Part shown: in pieces, positions 20,649 to 29,602 of the stretch
Layout: every line of letters begins with the position of its first letter
How positions within the stretch are numbered: the first letter of the stretch is position 1
Made by a program: the position numbers and the translations under genes
Source: a virus
Direction: 5' to 3' (one strand)
Length of the DNA stretch: 64,000 nucleotides
IMG/VR virus record: IMGVR_UViG_3300022752_000055
Span: 8,127-72,126 of that record
The notes under the pieces: model-generated
The model's input: only the letters and a program-made list of their open reading frames with translations
Told to the model about the DNA's origin: nothing
Database searches by the model: none

Positions 20649-21303
20649 TGATACACACGGAAAACACGAATATCTCACAAGTAAGAGAATGGGAAACATT
20701 CTTGGGAGTGGTGATATTTTAATCCACTGTGGAGATGTAAGTAATACCGGAAAATCACACGAAATAAAGGAGTTTTTAGATTGGTTTAGTAATACCGACT
20801 TTACTCACAAGGTGTTTATCGCAGGAAATCACGACTTCGGGTTTCAGTTAGTAAACACGATTGAGCCTGAATATATTGAGAAAGGAGTTCATTATCTTTT
20901 TGATAGTAGTGTTGAAATTGATGGGATAAAGATTTATGGTAGTCCTTGGCAACCTCAATTTTATGATTGGGCGTTCAATCTTCCAAGAGGTGAAAAACTT
21001 GCTGAAAAGTGGGCGAAAATACCCGGTAATACTGATATTCTTATCACTCACGGACCAGCGTTTAGAATGTTAGACCACACCATACAAGGACAAATGGTTG
21101 GATGCGAAGATTTATTCAACAGAATTATGGATATAAAACCAAAAATTCACGCTTGCGGACACATACATTGGGCTTACGGACAAAAGAGTTTTAATGATGT
21201 TGATTTTATCAATGCCGCAGTTCTTAACGAAAGATACGAGCACGAAAACAAACCTATTGTAATAAATTATGATACCGAAACAAAAGAATTTGAATATGAA
21301 TAA
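20617..21303 (+). CDS. calcineurin-like metallophosphoesterase
   Basis: SDTH, HCGD, AGNHD, ITHGP and GHIH motifs. Confidence 0.9.
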   Translation: MMKTTKITFISDTHGKHEYLTSKRMGNILGSGDILIHCGDVSNTGKSHEIKEFLDWFSNTDFTHKVFIAGNHDFGFQLVNTIEPEYIEKGVHYLFDSSVEIDGIKIYGSPWQPQFYDWAFNLPRGEKLAEKWAKIPGNTDILITHGPAFRMLDHTIQGQMVGCEDLFNRIMDIKPKIHACGHIHWAYGQKSFNDVDFINAAVLNERYEHENKPIVINYDTETKEFEYE

Positions 21304-21703
21304 TAAATTATTTTTGGATGATGTAAGAAATCCTATTGATTGTATTTTATACATAAAAGATAAGATTTATGCTGAAGAATGGGATATAGTTAGAAACTAT
21401 AACGAATTTATTAACTATATTACAGAAAATGGTATACCTGATTTAATATCATTCGACCACGACTTGGCGGACGAACATTATCACCCATCTATGTTTAATA
21501 ATGATAGTGCCATATATAATGATAGACGGGAACACTTCAAAGAAAAAACCGGATATGATTGTGCCAAATGGTTATGTGATTATTGTTCTCAAAACGGATT
21601 ACCTTTACCAACATACTTGGTTCATTCCATGAACCCGGTTGGTCGGGATAATATCTTGGGGGTTTTAAAAACTTTTGAAAGATTTGAAAAAAGGGTGAAG
21701 TAA
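21296..21703 (+). CDS. cyclic-phosphate-processing receiver-domain protein
   Basis: LFLDD.R.P, ISFDHDL, TGYD.AKWL and VHSMNPVG motifs. Confidence 0.75.
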   Translation: MNNKLFLDDVRNPIDCILYIKDKIYAEEWDIVRNYNEFINYITENGIPDLISFDHDLADEHYHPSMFNNDSAIYNDRREHFKEKTGYDCAKWLCDYCSQNGLPLPTYLVHSMNPVGRDNILGVLKTFERFEKRVK

Positions 21704-21732
21704 TTTTCACCTTTTTTTTATATTTATTGATT

Positions 21733-22350
21733 ATGGAAGATATAAGTTTATTTCACAACTATCCAAAAAAACATTTAGCATTTATCATAAGTGAGCTCAT
21801 TAAGAAAGATTTTGATTTTGAGAATCCGTACTCGGATGATGATAATATAAACATTCTTGACGAAGCGGTAGAACCATTTGGAGAATCCATATCAGATATT
21901 GATATGGAGTTTTTTGCAAAGATAATTAGAGACGATAAGGAATTAGCAATTGAAATTGCAAACTCAAAACCAAGCAAATCTTTATATGAAAGATTGGAAA
22001 TACCGAAAGTAGACAAATACAACGTTAATTGGAAAGAAACCGGTTCTTGTACTTATGTAAGATATTTTAGAGATACTTGGGCCTCATACGATGAAAATTG
22101 GGTTGAATTAGCAATTGATAGTGCAAATAATGAAGGAACATATTATAAATTTGATGCGGAATATGATGCTGATTATGAGAATTTTGATATGTATGATGAC
22201 ACTTACACAAGTATTGAAAAAATCACAGAAACAAAACAATCAGGGATTGATAAACTTGTTATTGAAAATACAAGTTATGCGATAGATTCACTTGATAGAA
22301 AATCTTTAATAATCCTTAAAAGTATAATTGATAAAAAGTTAGGACTTTAA
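21733..22350 (+). CDS. hypothetical protein
   Basis: Long ORF; TATTTAT upstream. Confidence 0.75.
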   Translation: MEDISLFHNYPKKHLAFIISELIKKDFDFENPYSDDDNINILDEAVEPFGESISDIDMEFFAKIIRDDKELAIEIANSKPSKSLYERLEIPKVDKYNVNWKETGSCTYVRYFRDTWASYDENWVELAIDSANNEGTYYKFDAEYDADYENFDMYDDTYTSIEKITETKQSGIDKLVIENTSYAIDSLDRKSLIILKSIIDKKLGL

Positions 22351-22557
22351 CTTATTTTTTTGGTCTGCAAGGTCCCCTAACGTCATTTTTTTCTGTTTCC
22401 AAGGATTGAAACTCCTCTTCCACTTATATTCCACGTTTATAGGTCCATAAGGGTTCTTATTTAAGTCATATTTCCAAATTGAAGTACATTCGTCATCTTC
22501 ATAGATGCGTTCAAATTTGGTGGGTTTCTCTACTTTTGGGTTGATTGATACTGCCAT
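22339..22557 (-). CDS. hypothetical protein
   Basis: TATCTTTG on the minus strand at 22564-22571. Confidence 0.65.
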   Translation of the reverse strand: MAVSINPKVEKPTKFERIYEDDECTSIWKYDLNKNPYGPINVEYKWKRSFNPWKQKKMTLGDLADQKNKLKS

Positions 22558-22582
22558 AGAATACAAAGATAAGGAAAATTAA

Positions 22583-23839
22583 TTAATTCCCAAAAAAATC
22601 TTCTTTAAAAGATTTTGGATACTTACTTTTTCCTGGTGTAAAATAATACCAAGTATCTTTACTTGATTTAAAAACTGATAATCCGTAAAGTCCATTATAC
22701 AATAATGCTGAGGTTTTGGCTAAGTTTTCACTTGATTTTACTTGAATCGGAATCCAAGTATAATTACCATCTTTATCCGATAATTTAACAATATAATCTA
22801 TCCCAAAAATCATATCTACTTGATTACCTGGAGTTGAAAAATTTATAATATGATTATTACTTATATTGTTTTTAGTTAAGTATTCAATAAATTCTCTTTC
22901 TGCTTTATTACCCTTATTTGTTGAATAAGAAATACTATTTCTTGACTCGTAATAGTTATATTTTCCATCCTTAAATAATTCATATTCTGCAAAACTAATA
23001 GTTGGTATTTTTACGTTTTTAATTGATTTAATTAACTTTAAATCCTCATCATTTGTTATAACTTGTTCTATTGGTTGTTGTTTAAAAAAAATTTCCGATT
23101 TTTCAAATTTGTCACCATTTCCTAATTTATTATTTTCATTTAATTTGTCTATCCATTTACACCAATTTGTATAATTGGTATCAATTTTTGGTAACTCCGT
23201 CCAACTTTTATCGTCTTTTTTTACAATTGATGTAAAATATTCGGGTTCGTAATTTAATTTTTTATTGAAAAATTCTATCCATTCTTTAAGTGTTTTTGTT
23301 TCATCTAGTTTTTTTATTGAAACTAAATATTGTAATTTATCTGATAAAAAGATTTCTAAATCTACCAATGAATCTATATTTTCTTTAATCCATTTTTCAT
23401 TAGGGGTATTAAATTCATAATCTCCTAATGAATATAGATATTTTTTATCTGTATTTTTTATATTAAGATATGTTTTTTCACCTTCTCCAATTATTAAAGA
23501 CTTTAATTTTTTATTAGCATCCGTCCAATTATTTTCTAGAGTGCCCTTTATTTCTTGACAAAAAGTTTTTTCTTTTACTTTTGGTGTTTCAGGTATTTTT
23601 GACACCTCAACCGGAGATTCTTTTTCTTGTGTTAAAATATTTTTTGCTAAAGATAATTGTTCCGGAGATAACCCACCGGCAACTCTTAAAATTTGTTGTA
23701 ATTTTAATATATCTTTATTATTTCCTTGATAAGTGATTATGTCACTTTGAATTGAATAGTCATCTTTATTATCTTCCATAATGGTTCTTTTCACCAAAGA
23801 TACTAACTCAGATTCAGTTAACCTAATAATTTTTTTCAT
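22583..23839 (-). CDS. leader-bearing protein with C-terminal PD-(D/E)XK-like nuclease domain
   Basis: MKKIIRLTESEL leader; GNKAE..D..GID..IQVK. Confidence 0.6.
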   Translation of the reverse strand: MKKIIRLTESELVSLVKRTIMEDNKDDYSIQSDIITYQGNNKDILKLQQILRVAGGLSPEQLSLAKNILTQEKESPVEVSKIPETPKVKEKTFCQEIKGTLENNWTDANKKLKSLIIGEGEKTYLNIKNTDKKYLYSLGDYEFNTPNEKWIKENIDSLVDLEIFLSDKLQYLVSIKKLDETKTLKEWIEFFNKKLNYEPEYFTSIVKKDDKSWTELPKIDTNYTNWCKWIDKLNENNKLGNGDKFEKSEIFFKQQPIEQVITNDEDLKLIKSIKNVKIPTISFAEYELFKDGKYNYYESRNSISYSTNKGNKAEREFIEYLTKNNISNNHIINFSTPGNQVDMIFGIDYIVKLSDKDGNYTWIPIQVKSSENLAKTSALLYNGLYGLSVFKSSKDTWYYFTPGKSKYPKSFKEDFFGN

Positions 23840-23901
23840 ATTTCTATAAATACCATGTAAAAATAAAAAACCCCACTCTTTTGGGAATGGGATTTATTTT
23901 G

Positions 23902-23976
23902 TGGTAGGACCAAGAATCGAACTTGGGGCACACGACATCTCTGCACGCTGCTCTAACCCACTGAGCTATCACTACC
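23902..23976 (-). tRNA. atypical or pseudo tRNA (anticodon arm poorly paired, nominal GAG)
   Basis: Intact D arm GCTC/GAGC, T arm CCAAG-TTCGATT-CTTGG and acceptor GGTAG/CTACC; anticodon loop CAGAGAT lacks U33. Confidence 0.6.
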
Positions 23977-23980
23977 ATTT

Positions 23981-24271
23981 TTAATTTAACTTAATTCCGT
24001 CAATGTATTTTTTAATTGTTCTTCTAAGAGTTGGTTCATCAATATCATTCCATTTTCCATCTTCCAAATTGAAAATTTTATTAACCATAAGTTTTTTATT
24101 TCCGGTTAATATTTTTCTTTTATCGTCAATTGTAATGAAATGAACTATGTTATCTAATATTTTTTGAGAATCAACAGGATATGCTCTTATAAGATGTCTT
24201 AAAAATTCATCTGAAGTATTATCTTGATATTTTGATAAAATTTGTTTTTTTTCTTCTTCGCTGATATACAT
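23981..24271 (-). CDS. hypothetical protein with leader
   Basis: MYISEEEKKQIL leader. Confidence 0.7.
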   Translation of the reverse strand: MYISEEEKKQILSKYQDNTSDEFLRHLIRAYPVDSQKILDNIVHFITIDDKRKILTGNKKLMVNKIFNLEDGKWNDIDEPTLRRTIKKYIDGIKLN

Positions 24272-24307
24272 AATCATAAATATAGTATTTATTTTAAAAT
24301 AATCAAA

Positions 24308-24430
24308 ATGGCAAAAGGTTCTAATGACTCAAGAAAATTAACTTTCGGAAAAAGAAAAAAAGGTAATGCTAAAAAATCTTTTAACAAACACAATCCAAGA
24401 CCAAAAAAATACGTGGGACAAGGACGTTAA
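24308..24430 (+). CDS. 40-aa basic peptide ending KKYVGQGR
   Basis: MAKGSNDSRKLTFGKRKKG...; TATTTAT upstream. Confidence 0.65.
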   Translation: MAKGSNDSRKLTFGKRKKGNAKKSFNKHNPRPKKYVGQGR

Positions 24431-24467
24431 TGATGGATAATCTTTAATATTATTCTTATATTTTACG

Positions 24468-24752
24468 ATGGAACCGAAAAAAAGACTTTTTCGACTAATA
24501 GAGGTATATCTTAACGAGTATAGAAAAAATGCCGTTGAGGAAATTTATGGTAAGGGGACGAAAATTAAAATACACACAATTAATCACAGCGTTTCAACTA
24601 AATCATTACTTATTGAAGCCGTAATTTATCTCGGAGATATAATAACTGAAGAAGTTATGGATAGAGAACTTGCGGATGTTATAATACGAGAGGCTCTCGA
24701 TTATTTTTATCCGGAATGTTCCATTAAAACCATGATTAGGTGGGACACTTAA
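24468..24752 (+). CDS. hypothetical protein
   Basis: 94-aa ORF. Confidence 0.7.
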   Translation: MEPKKRLFRLIEVYLNEYRKNAVEEIYGKGTKIKIHTINHSVSTKSLLIEAVIYLGDIITEEVMDRELADVIIREALDYFYPECSIKTMIRWDT

Positions 24753-25051
24753 TCATTAGTTTTCAATCTATGTAATTCTGAGTTTTCTTTTTGTAGGAAT
24801 TCAACTTTAACTGCAAGTGCTGCGACCTGTTCTGTTAACTTTAAAATGGTACTACGCATCTCATCTTTTTCTTTGCTACTTTGAAGTAACATCGCCTCCA
24901 ATTTTGCAATTCTTTCTCTGCATTCATCACGAAGATATCCTTCGTCACTTTCTTTTCTTTGTGCTCTCTTTTCATAGAATCTCCAAGCTGAAGACGAACC
25001 CAATACAGTTATTGCGGTTACAAGGACAGTCCAAATTGTTTCTTGAGTCAT
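24749..25051 (-). CDS. N-terminal TM plus coiled-coil protein (holin-like architecture)
   Basis: IWTVLVTAITVLGSSSAW followed by heptads. Confidence 0.7.
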   Translation of the reverse strand: MTQETIWTVLVTAITVLGSSSAWRFYEKRAQRKESDEGYLRDECRERIAKLEAMLLQSSKEKDEMRSTILKLTEQVAALAVKVEFLQKENSELHRLKTND

Positions 25052-25099
25052 AGGCCATTGGTATATTACAATTAATAAATATAAGAAAATTATTAAAAA

Positions 25100-25594
25100 T
25101 TAATCTCCTTTAATAATTGATAAAGAATGTTTTAAGAATTCTTTGGCTCTGGGTTCAATATGGCTAAAAGACATTACTTTTTCTATGTCCGAAACCAATT
25201 CTTCCCCATGTTCGTTCTCTTTGTATAGTTCAATTATCTTATCCATCGCTCTATTACACTCCTTAGTTTGTTCCTCAAAATAGTTATAAGGCTTATAAGC
25301 TTTTAATGTATTCATAACATTATTTGCCAAATGAACCCCACCATCGTTAACATTTTCTAAATTATGATATGACCTAAGAGTCTCTAACGCATCAACCAAA
25401 CCTCTAACACCATTTTTTCTAATTTTAATGTTTTCAACGTAGTCTTCATACTCATCTTCACCCATAACATCATCTAAGGATTTGGTATTTCCCTTATGAC
25501 AAAACCTCATTTCTTCGGAGGTTTTTTGTTCGAAGAAATAATTTTTTCTTATTTCTTTTTTTTCTTCTTCTGTGATTGTAAATCTTTTATTCAT
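25100..25594 (-). CDS. hypothetical protein with leader
   Basis: RFTITEEEKKEIR leader. Confidence 0.75.
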   Translation of the reverse strand: MNKRFTITEEEKKEIRKNYFFEQKTSEEMRFCHKGNTKSLDDVMGEDEYEDYVENIKIRKNGVRGLVDALETLRSYHNLENVNDGGVHLANNVMNTLKAYKPYNYFEEQTKECNRAMDKIIELYKENEHGEELVSDIEKVMSFSHIEPRAKEFLKHSLSIIKGD

Positions 25595-25623
25595 AATTAA
25601 TAAATACTTTAAAAATGAGAAAA

Positions 25624-25818
25624 TTATCTGTATAACCTTTCAGTTAATCCATAAACAAATTCCATTTCTTTTTTTATTGTTTGAATTTTTCTTTCATCTT
25701 CTTCAGATACGTTAATATTCTGTGCTTGAATCAATCTAATCTCTTCTTGTAATCTTTGATACTTGAAAAGTAATTTATTGTAAGTGTCCGCTTTTTGTTC
25801 GTTAGTTAAATTTTGCAT
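25624..25818 (-). CDS. small coiled-coil protein
   Basis: 64-aa ORF. Confidence 0.65.
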   Translation of the reverse strand: MQNLTNEQKADTYNKLLFKYQRLQEEIRLIQAQNINVSEEDERKIQTIKKEMEFVYGLTERLYR

Positions 25819-25858
25819 TTTTTATTTTTAATGTAATTTAGTTTTAAATGATTGTAAA

Positions 25859-26128
25859 TTAAGAATTGTATTTTATTTTTTCATAAGCATCGTTTAGATA
25901 ATCAATTGCCTTATGTATTTTTTGCCTATTTGTAGTTGAAACCTTTTTCCCGGTTTCAAACATATTTAACAATTCCTTTAATTTTAATACTATCTCCTCT
26001 GTTGAAGTTTCAATATCTTTGTTATATTGTCCTGATGGTTGGTTTGGGGTTGAGGTATATAATTCCAAATCCATTGCGGTTTCAATAATTTTTATTAAAT
26101 TTGATTCTGTTATTTTTATCTTTCGCAT
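25859..26128 (-). CDS. hypothetical protein with leader
   Basis: KIKITESNL leader. Confidence 0.7.
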   Translation of the reverse strand: MRKIKITESNLIKIIETAMDLELYTSTPNQPSGQYNKDIETSTEEIVLKLKELLNMFETGKKVSTTNRQKIHKAIDYLNDAYEKIKYNS

Positions 26129-26144
26129 TATCTATAATAATATT

Positions 26145-26879
26145 TTATGCCAACATTTCTGATGCATTTTTTATTTTTCCCGGTCTAATTGTTCTCATAG
26201 CGTAAACCATATTGTCTAATTCTTCGGGATTAGTAATTCCCATACTAACAGAATCATTAACTTTTTTTGCAAACTTTTTAAAATATCCAGGTCCATTCCA
26301 ACTTGCATACGCAAAATTAAATAATAATTTAGGGTTGTTTTCAACAATACTTCTTGCCTCTTTTGATAAGAAATTTTCAGCATTTTTCTTGTATTGTTCT
26401 TTCATAATTTTGCTAACAGAACTAATTAATTTATCTTTTAATTCTCCGCCAGTATAGTTATACGGCCATCTTCCATTTTTTTGTGCGTTATCTATCATCG
26501 ACCAAAACTCGGAACCACTATCTGATGTGTTAATTGTTCCCCCATGTTTTCTATCTATTCCAAACATGGTCTCACCGCTTTTACCCATGGCGGTAAAACT
26601 TGAAGGAGACATATTTTTTCCTGATGTGCTTTTTGCTCCCGTAATTTTAAATTCGGGATGATAATACCCACCTTCCAAATTATTAATAATTGTTTTTGTA
26701 ATTTCTTTAAATTTATCATCAACAATAGACCCGGTAACTTTTTTAGAAGATGTGGGTTCTACTGACTTTAATAAATCTTTATCAACTAGTTTGTCCGAGA
26801 AATCACCTGAAAAGGCTCCCATCAATCCTTTTAATAAATCTTCAAGTTGGTCTTCACTTATTATTACGTTTTTTTTCAT
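26145..26879 (-). CDS. leader-bearing GH108-like lysozyme
   Basis: VIISEDQL leader; LEGGYYHP..GETMFGI motif. Confidence 0.6.
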   Translation of the reverse strand: MKKNVIISEDQLEDLLKGLMGAFSGDFSDKLVDKDLLKSVEPTSSKKVTGSIVDDKFKEITKTIINNLEGGYYHPEFKITGAKSTSGKNMSPSSFTAMGKSGETMFGIDRKHGGTINTSDSGSEFWSMIDNAQKNGRWPYNYTGGELKDKLISSVSKIMKEQYKKNAENFLSKEARSIVENNPKLLFNFAYASWNGPGYFKKFAKKVNDSVSMGITNPEELDNMVYAMRTIRPGKIKNASEMLA

Positions 26880-26956
26880 ATACTTTGTTATTTTTTGATT
26901 GTCTCAATAATATAAATATAACACTAACCAAACATATTTATATAAAAAGAAAAACT

Positions 26957-28021
26957 ATTTCATCTGCAATTAAAATATTATCATTAGAGGGTGTTCCACC
27001 ATTTCAGGTTTATTCCTGTGATTACGCTTTAAATAATTGTCAACTTGTTGCAACATTAGAGAATCCGGTTCAAGCAATAAACGACATTATACTACCAAAT
27101 CTTTTTGATAATTCACCAAACATAATTGTTAAAATTATTTCCTTTGATGGGTGTGAGACATTCACATTATTAAATTGTGAGAATTTCCCAACACCAATGA
27201 CAATGATTGTTGAGAGTCCTGATTCGTCAAATACCATATTTGAATTACCGTTAGTTAATGATGGTGTTTATGATTTTGATGTTGATTGGGGTGATGGTAC
27301 ATCACAAAGAATCACTCAATGGGACGATGCAAATAAAGTTCATAATTATCCTGATAATGGTGAATATGAAATAAAAATATATATTAAAGAATTTACTGGT
27401 TGGAATTTTGCATACGCCGGGGTTCCTCAGGAGACAAAAAATAATCTAAAAAGTATTACAATAATTCCAAGTTTAGTTTTTACTGACATGGTAACCGCAT
27501 TCACCAATTGTGAAAATTTGATTAGTTTTAATGGTACTCCAACATTTAGTGGTTCTACAGACTTAACCGATTTTTTCGCCAATTGTTACAGTTTAGAATC
27601 TGTTAATGGTATTTGGGATTTTAGTGGGGTTGAGAGTATTTCCTCATTCTTTTTTAATTGTAATTCCTTAACCGGAGGAACAATTAACGAATGGGGGTTG
27701 ACAATGAATAATGTAAAATATGCATATAGTGTATTCGAAAATTGTTATTCATTTAATGGTGAATTAGATAAATGGAACATGAGTGGTGTGATATCAATGG
27801 GTACCATGTTTACCAATGCAGTATCATTTAATCAAGATATTGGAGGTTGGAATGTATCGGGAGTTACTGAAATGGATAGTATGTTCTACAATGCAACTTC
27901 ATTTAATCAAGACCTAAGCGGTTGGTGCGTTACAAACATACCAACCGCTCCAGTAGATTTTGATGGTGAGGCATTACTTTGGGTATTACCTAGACCGGTA
28001 TGGGGAACATGCCCCACATAA
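26957..28021 (+). CDS. PKD plus DUF285/BspA-type repeat protein
   Basis: VDWGDG; FNQDIGGWNVSGVT.M..MF..A.SFNQDLS.W repeats; start uncertain (ATT after TATTTAT). Confidence 0.75.
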   Translation: MSSAIKILSLEGVPPFQVYSCDYALNNCQLVATLENPVQAINDIILPNLFDNSPNIIVKIISFDGCETFTLLNCENFPTPMTMIVESPDSSNTIFELPLVNDGVYDFDVDWGDGTSQRITQWDDANKVHNYPDNGEYEIKIYIKEFTGWNFAYAGVPQETKNNLKSITIIPSLVFTDMVTAFTNCENLISFNGTPTFSGSTDLTDFFANCYSLESVNGIWDFSGVESISSFFFNCNSLTGGTINEWGLTMNNVKYAYSVFENCYSFNGELDKWNMSGVISMGTMFTNAVSFNQDIGGWNVSGVTEMDSMFYNATSFNQDLSGWCVTNIPTAPVDFDGEALLWVLPRPVWGTCPT

Positions 28022-28405
28022 TTATTTAACTCTAGTTTTCAAATATTTTTCTAAGGGCATATCTGAGGGTTTGATAGGGCTCCATTCTTTCTCACTATCT
28101 TTATCCCATCTTGTACCGGCACCAATACCAAAATCACTTTGTCTATTATTTCTTGTATGTGATTTTAATTTCATTTTATTTTGAAATTCATCATCATCGT
28201 TGTACTTGTCTTCAATATCAAAATCAAAGTCTTTAATATAATTGATATCATCATTATCATCATCATTATCATCATCAAATAACGATGGTTCATCTTCAAG
28301 TGGAGTATCAAATCCTTCAAACTCTATATCTTCATTATTTTCTTTAACTATTCTATTTACCAATCTAATTAATTCGGTTTCAGTTAATCTTATTATTTTA
28401 CTCAT
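28022..28405 (-). CDS. acidic protein with leader
   Basis: MSKIIRLTETEL leader. Confidence 0.75.
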   Translation of the reverse strand: MSKIIRLTETELIRLVNRIVKENNEDIEFEGFDTPLEDEPSLFDDDNDDDNDDINYIKDFDFDIEDKYNDDDEFQNKMKLKSHTRNNRQSDFGIGAGTRWDKDSEKEWSPIKPSDMPLEKYLKTRVK

Positions 28406-28440
28406 AATTTTTTATTTATTAATAAATATCATTAATAACG

Positions 28441-28554
28441 TTATTTATGAGTTAAAATTTCATATATAACTTGAATGGTTATACCAAATAATACGGACGC
28501 AACCGCAAATATTACAAAATATATCAATCCAATATCCCAATTATTTTTTTTCAT
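28441..28554 (-). CDS. 37-aa membrane peptide
   Basis: MKKNNWDIGLIYFVIFAVASVLFGITIQVIYEILTHK. Confidence 0.45.
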   Translation of the reverse strand: MKKNNWDIGLIYFVIFAVASVLFGITIQVIYEILTHK

Positions 28555-28568
28555 TTTTATTAAATTTT

Positions 28569-29153
28569 TTATTTTATCACGAAAAATGATGTAGGTGTCA
28601 CTTCCCCCAAGTTTATTTGCTCTTGTATCCAATCAAAAGAGGCACTTACAACTTGACGAGGTGTTATTTCCTCCGATTTTAATTGTTCTTCCACCACTTT
28701 TAGATGATAAGTACTTAAAGTCACATTAGGTTTTATTTCCACATATTTTACCGAGTCTAACTTTCTCCAACTAGATGGTGGTGCTATGGCACATCTTGGT
28801 GTTACTTCCTCCTTTTCTAAATCACGCCAAATTTGTGTTGGTATTGACTCTTTTGGTGTTATTTCCTCCCGATTTAATCTTAGCTCCGCCAATTGGCAAA
28901 TGAGATTCACATCTTTAACGGGTTTTATTTCCACCGATTTTAATTCTTCTTGCACCCTCATCAATTGATTTGTAATACTGGTATGTGGTATAACTTCCTC
29001 TGATTTTAATTGTTTTTCCATAAATGGAAGGTAGTTTCTTCCAGCGTCCAAAGGTGTAACTTCCTCCGATTTTAATTCTTCTTCCACAACCACAAATGAA
29101 AGTGGTTTATCCCATTTAGGTGTCACTTCCCCCGATTTTATTTGTTGTTCCAT
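28569..29153 (-). CDS. ORF formed by the repeat-spacer array (22-aa period)
   Basis: 194 open codons across 9 repeats; in frame with 29154..29453 and separated from it by a single TAG. Confidence 0.5.
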   Translation of the reverse strand: MEQQIKSGEVTPKWDKPLSFVVVEEELKSEEVTPLDAGRNYLPFMEKQLKSEEVIPHTSITNQLMRVQEELKSVEIKPVKDVNLICQLAELRLNREEITPKESIPTQIWRDLEKEEVTPRCAIAPPSSWRKLDSVKYVEIKPNVTLSTYHLKVVEEQLKSEEITPRQVVSASFDWIQEQINLGEVTPTSFFVIK

Positions 29154-29220
29154 CTATGAGTCTGAAGTGAAACCATTAGCAATAGGTGTCACTTCCCCCG
29201 ATTTTATTTGTTGTTCCATC
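28594..29220 (-). CRISPR. degenerate CRISPR-like array: 10 repeats of about 36 nt, mostly 30-nt spacers, in frame with the upstream gene
   Basis: Repeat GATGGAACAACAAATAAAATCGGGGGAAGTGACACC (minus strand). Plus-strand starts 29185, 29119, 29053, 28987, 28921, 28855, 28798, 28729, 28660, 28594. Spacers are mutually unrelated; no cas genes in the window. Confidence 0.7.
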
Positions 29221-29453
29221 CATTCTTTTATAAGTTGTTGGGTTTCTTCGTAATCATAGGAAAACATATCGGAGATGTCAGTCCAAACTGAATATAAAAC
29301 CCATAATGTTCCGGACTTTTCCAATTCTAATATTACCTTATCATTCTTTTTAAAAAAAATAGAGTCAGGATAAAATTTTGATTTAACCGAATACATATTT
29401 TCAAACAAATAATTCAAAAACTTAAACTCACTTTTTCTTATTTTATCTTTCAT
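29154..29453 (-). CDS. array-associated protein; paralog of 47274..47606
   Basis: F.(F/Y)L.YLFE.M..IF.KKND..W.DIS.MFS.DY.ETQ.L..EW is shared; TATATTTG promoter at 29473-29480. Confidence 0.85.
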   Translation of the reverse strand: MKDKIRKSEFKFLNYLFENMYSVKSKFYPDSIFFKKNDKVILELEKSGTLWVLYSVWTDISDMFSYDYEETQQLIKEWMEQQIKSGEVTPIANGFTSDS

Positions 29454-29602
29454 TTTTTTTAATTAACGAATACAAATATAATAATAAATCCCATAACAAT
29501 CAAAATAATATTACATTATGTTTAACCATTCTATTAAAGGTTCCGCGCTGATAGTATCTTCCGTCATTATAATTACCATTATCTTTCAACCACCTTAAAA
29601 CA

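Noticed and set aside
29155-29184. Spacer 1 self-match to the beta-helix gene (ACCATTAGCAA near 32201 and 35380)
   Set aside because: Only about 11 nt long, expected by chance in AT-rich DNA.
28594-29220. Diversity-generating retroelement or shufflon as the explanation for the array
   Set aside because: Differences between repeats are not adenine-specific, all repeats are direct, and no reverse transcriptase or recombinase is recognisable in the window.
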